Below, piece by piece: positions 62,427 through 64,000 of a stretch of DNA of 64,000 bases. Within the stretch, counting starts at the first letter, position 1. Each line of letters opens with the position of its first letter. A program made the translations under genes and the position numbers. The DNA comes from Candidatus Omnitrophota bacterium (GTDB lineage Bacteria; Omnitrophota; JACPQZ01), in the NCBI GenBank assembly GCA_016190205.1, contig JACPQZ010000048.1:13943-77942 (forward strand). The letters run 5' to 3'. The notes under the pieces were generated by a model. That model was not told the origin of the DNA. It ran no database searches and saw only the letters and a list, made by a program, of their open reading frames with translations.

Positions 62427-63428
62427 ATGCTTTGGTTGGTAAGAGGTTTGTTTTTGATATTGTTGGCGGGCTTGGGGTTTGAGTTCGGTCCCTATTTACT
62501 GCCGGCCCAGCCCATGGCCCCGTGGATCGGAGTCGGCATCGGGGCGGGGGTAGCGCTCCTTTTCGTTCTCCTGGAGACTTTGCTCAAAACGCTCGCGCTC
62601 CGGACGATGGTGGCGGTAGTCATCGGGCTGGGCGTCGGCCTTGCCGTCTCGTTCCTGGCTTTTTGGTTTTTGGGTCAGATGCACTGGGTCTTGGTGGAGG
62701 AATCGTGGGCCAAAGGCGTCGTCACCCTGATTCTTTGCTACCTCTCCGTGATTTTAACGCTAAAGGGCCAGGAGGAAATCAGTTTTCTCATTCCCTACGT
62801 GAAGCTCTCGCACCAGGAAGGCCGGGACAACTGGATCATCCTGGATACGAGCGTGATTATTGACGGCCGTATCGCGGATATCTGCGATACGAATTTCATC
62901 AACGGGCGCTTTCTCATACCGCGCTTCGTGCTCAAGGAACTCCAGGTCATTGCCGACAGCTCCGATTCCCTGAAGCGCAACCGGGGCCGCCGGGGTCTGG
63001 ATGTCTTGAACCGGATCCGCAGGAATAACCGGGTGGAGGTCAGGATCCACGATGCCGACTTCCCGGAGGTGAGCGAGGTGGATTCCAAGCTTGTAAAGCT
63101 CGCCCTCCTGGTCAACGGCAAGATCTTCACCAACGACTTTAACTTAAACAAGGTGGCCGAGCTCCAGGGGGTCCCCGTTCTCAATATCAACGAACTGGCC
63201 AACGCCTTGAAGCCGGTAGTTCTGCCGGGCGAGATGATGGACGTGCGCGTCATTAAGGAAGGCAAGGAATATGGGCAGGGCGTGGCTTACCTGGATGACG
63301 GCACAATGATTGTCGTGGATAATGCCAGAGAGCGGATCGGGCAGAATCTAAAAGTTTCTGTCACGAGCGTTCTTCAGACCCAGGCCGGACGCATGATCTT
63401 CGCCAAGATCGTGGAGGGGGCCCGGTAA
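62427..63428 (+). CDS. yacL: Membrane PIN + TRAM domain protein (YacL-like)
   Basis: TM helices, then a PIN domain (IILDTSVIIDGRI), then a C-terminal TRAM domain. Lies upstream of ispD, as in Bacillus. Confidence 0.7.
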   Translation: MLWLVRGLFLILLAGLGFEFGPYLLPAQPMAPWIGVGIGAGVALLFVLLETLLKTLALRTMVAVVIGLGVGLAVSFLAFWFLGQMHWVLVEESWAKGVVTLILCYLSVILTLKGQEEISFLIPYVKLSHQEGRDNWIILDTSVIIDGRIADICDTNFINGRFLIPRFVLKELQVIADSSDSLKRNRGRRGLDVLNRIRRNNRVEVRIHDADFPEVSEVDSKLVKLALLVNGKIFTNDFNLNKVAELQGVPVLNINELANALKPVVLPGEMMDVRVIKEGKEYGQGVAYLDDGTMIVVDNARERIGQNLKVSVTSVLQTQAGRMIFAKIVEGAR

Positions 63429-63434
63429 GAAGTA

Positions 63435-63465
63435 GGACGTTGGACGTGGGACGTGGGACGTGGGA
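63435..63465 (+). repeat. Heptamer tandem repeat (GGACGTG)x4
   Basis: ggacgttggacgtgggacgtgggacgtggga. Confidence 0.8.
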
Positions 63466-63499
63466 GGAAGGAAGAGGGGGCCGGAGCGAGAATATTGTT

Positions 63500-64000
63500 A
63501 TGGAGCCACTTCAAGCTATTGTTGTGGCGGCCGGACACGGCAAGCGGTTCCGGAGTCAGGCGACCGAGCCGGGGTACCCGCTGAAAGCGGGTCGGCGAGG
63601 AAGTCCCGTTGGCGTAGCCAACGGGGATAAACCCTATGTCCTTTTGGGATCCAAGCCCATCCTGGCGCATACCCTTGAGCAGATCTCCCGGATCGCTGAC
63701 GTAGAGCACATCACCGTGGTGGTCGCCCCTGACAGGGTGGATTACTGCCGCGAGGAGGTGGTCCGCCGGTATGCTATCTGCAAAATTTCCCGTGTTATTG
63801 CGGGGGGGGATGAGAGGCCGCAATCGGTATGGAAGGGATTGGAGGCGCTTGAGGAGCGTTCCGGGTGGGTGCTCATCCACGATGGGGTCCGCCCCTTTGT
63901 CCCCCTTTCGCGTATCGGGACGCTGGTCGAGAAGGCAAAAGAAACAGGGGCCGCTGTTCTGGGCGTGAGCGTAAAGCCAACCCTCAAGGAAGTGGACGCC
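63500..64000 (+). CDS. ispD: 2-C-methyl-D-erythritol 4-phosphate cytidylyltransferase (partial; runs off the window)
   Basis: AIVVAAGHGKRF ... GGDERPQSV motifs. Contains an about 20-aa in-frame insertion after the GKRF loop. Confidence 0.75.
   Translation, partial: MEPLQAIVVAAGHGKRFRSQATEPGYPLKAGRRGSPVGVANGDKPYVLLGSKPILAHTLEQISRIADVEHITVVVAPDRVDYCREEVVRRYAICKISRVIAGGDERPQSVWKGLEALEERSGWVLIHDGVRPFVPLSRIGTLVEKAKETGAAVLGVSVKPTLKEVDA
63576..63625 (+). other. In-frame insertion within ispD, made of two perfect hairpins
   Basis: ACCCGCT-GAA-AGCGGGT (63576-63592) and CCCGTTGGC-GTA-GCCAACGGG (63605-63625). Confidence 0.6.

Overview
This is a high-GC (about 60%) bacterial chromosomal window. Almost all real genes are on the + strand; the only convincing minus-strand genes are vapBC.

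Gene content, in order:
- A complete F-type ATP synthase operon, atpBEFHAGDC (5..6755), with atypical embedded structures.
- Housekeeping genes rsmI, purN, eno, an ftsB-like gene and an SPFH-domain gene.
- A hicAB toxin-antitoxin pair.
- An AT-rich islet of about 2.6 kb (about 11.46..14.05 kb), flanked by imperfect 58-bp direct repeats that duplicate the 3' end of hicB. Its cargo is brnTA, an unknown 182-aa protein, a frameshifted PEP-CTERM pseudogene and an orphan RHH antitoxin.
- Directly downstream of the islet, an initiator tRNA-fMet(CAU) interrupted in its anticodon loop by a 224-nt Azoarcus-like group I intron.
- bcp, lhgO, a 4-OT tautomerase, xth and a CYTH-domain protein.
- An Rrf2-regulated Fe-S assembly operon (apbC-DUF971 fusion, sufBCDS, sufU, DUF59 sufT), followed by a tandem-nitroreductase (SagB-like) protein.
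- A second CAU tRNA, secreted proteins including an M64 peptidase, and then a single 13,974-nt ORF (33388..47361) encoding a 4,657-aa protein.
- vapBC (minus strand), tilS, lysS, lolED, ilvE, an mcsA-mcsB-clpC arginine-kinase/Clp operon, mlaEFD, a yacL-like PIN/TRAM gene and the start of ispD.

The 4,657-aa ORF is the most unusual feature. It fuses a uridine-kinase/PRK-like P-loop kinase, a PanB-like (PEP-mutase superfamily) domain, a PEP-utilizing phosphohistidine plus TIM-barrel module, a tentative glucan-phosphorylase-like region, a GlnE/GlnD-type nucleotidyltransferase and two ACT domains. It has its own AT-rich promoter and is preceded by a terminator.

A family of heptanucleotide tandem-repeat arrays runs across the whole window, often arranged as long inverted-repeat hairpins. 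They sit at gene junctions and in places extend into coding termini. Two near-identical ACCAGA-array hairpin elements occur. Other elements present include 20-bp CAGACAC-N6-GTGTCTG hairpins (a double copy sits over the Rrf2 promoter) and an in-frame double-hairpin insertion inside ispD.
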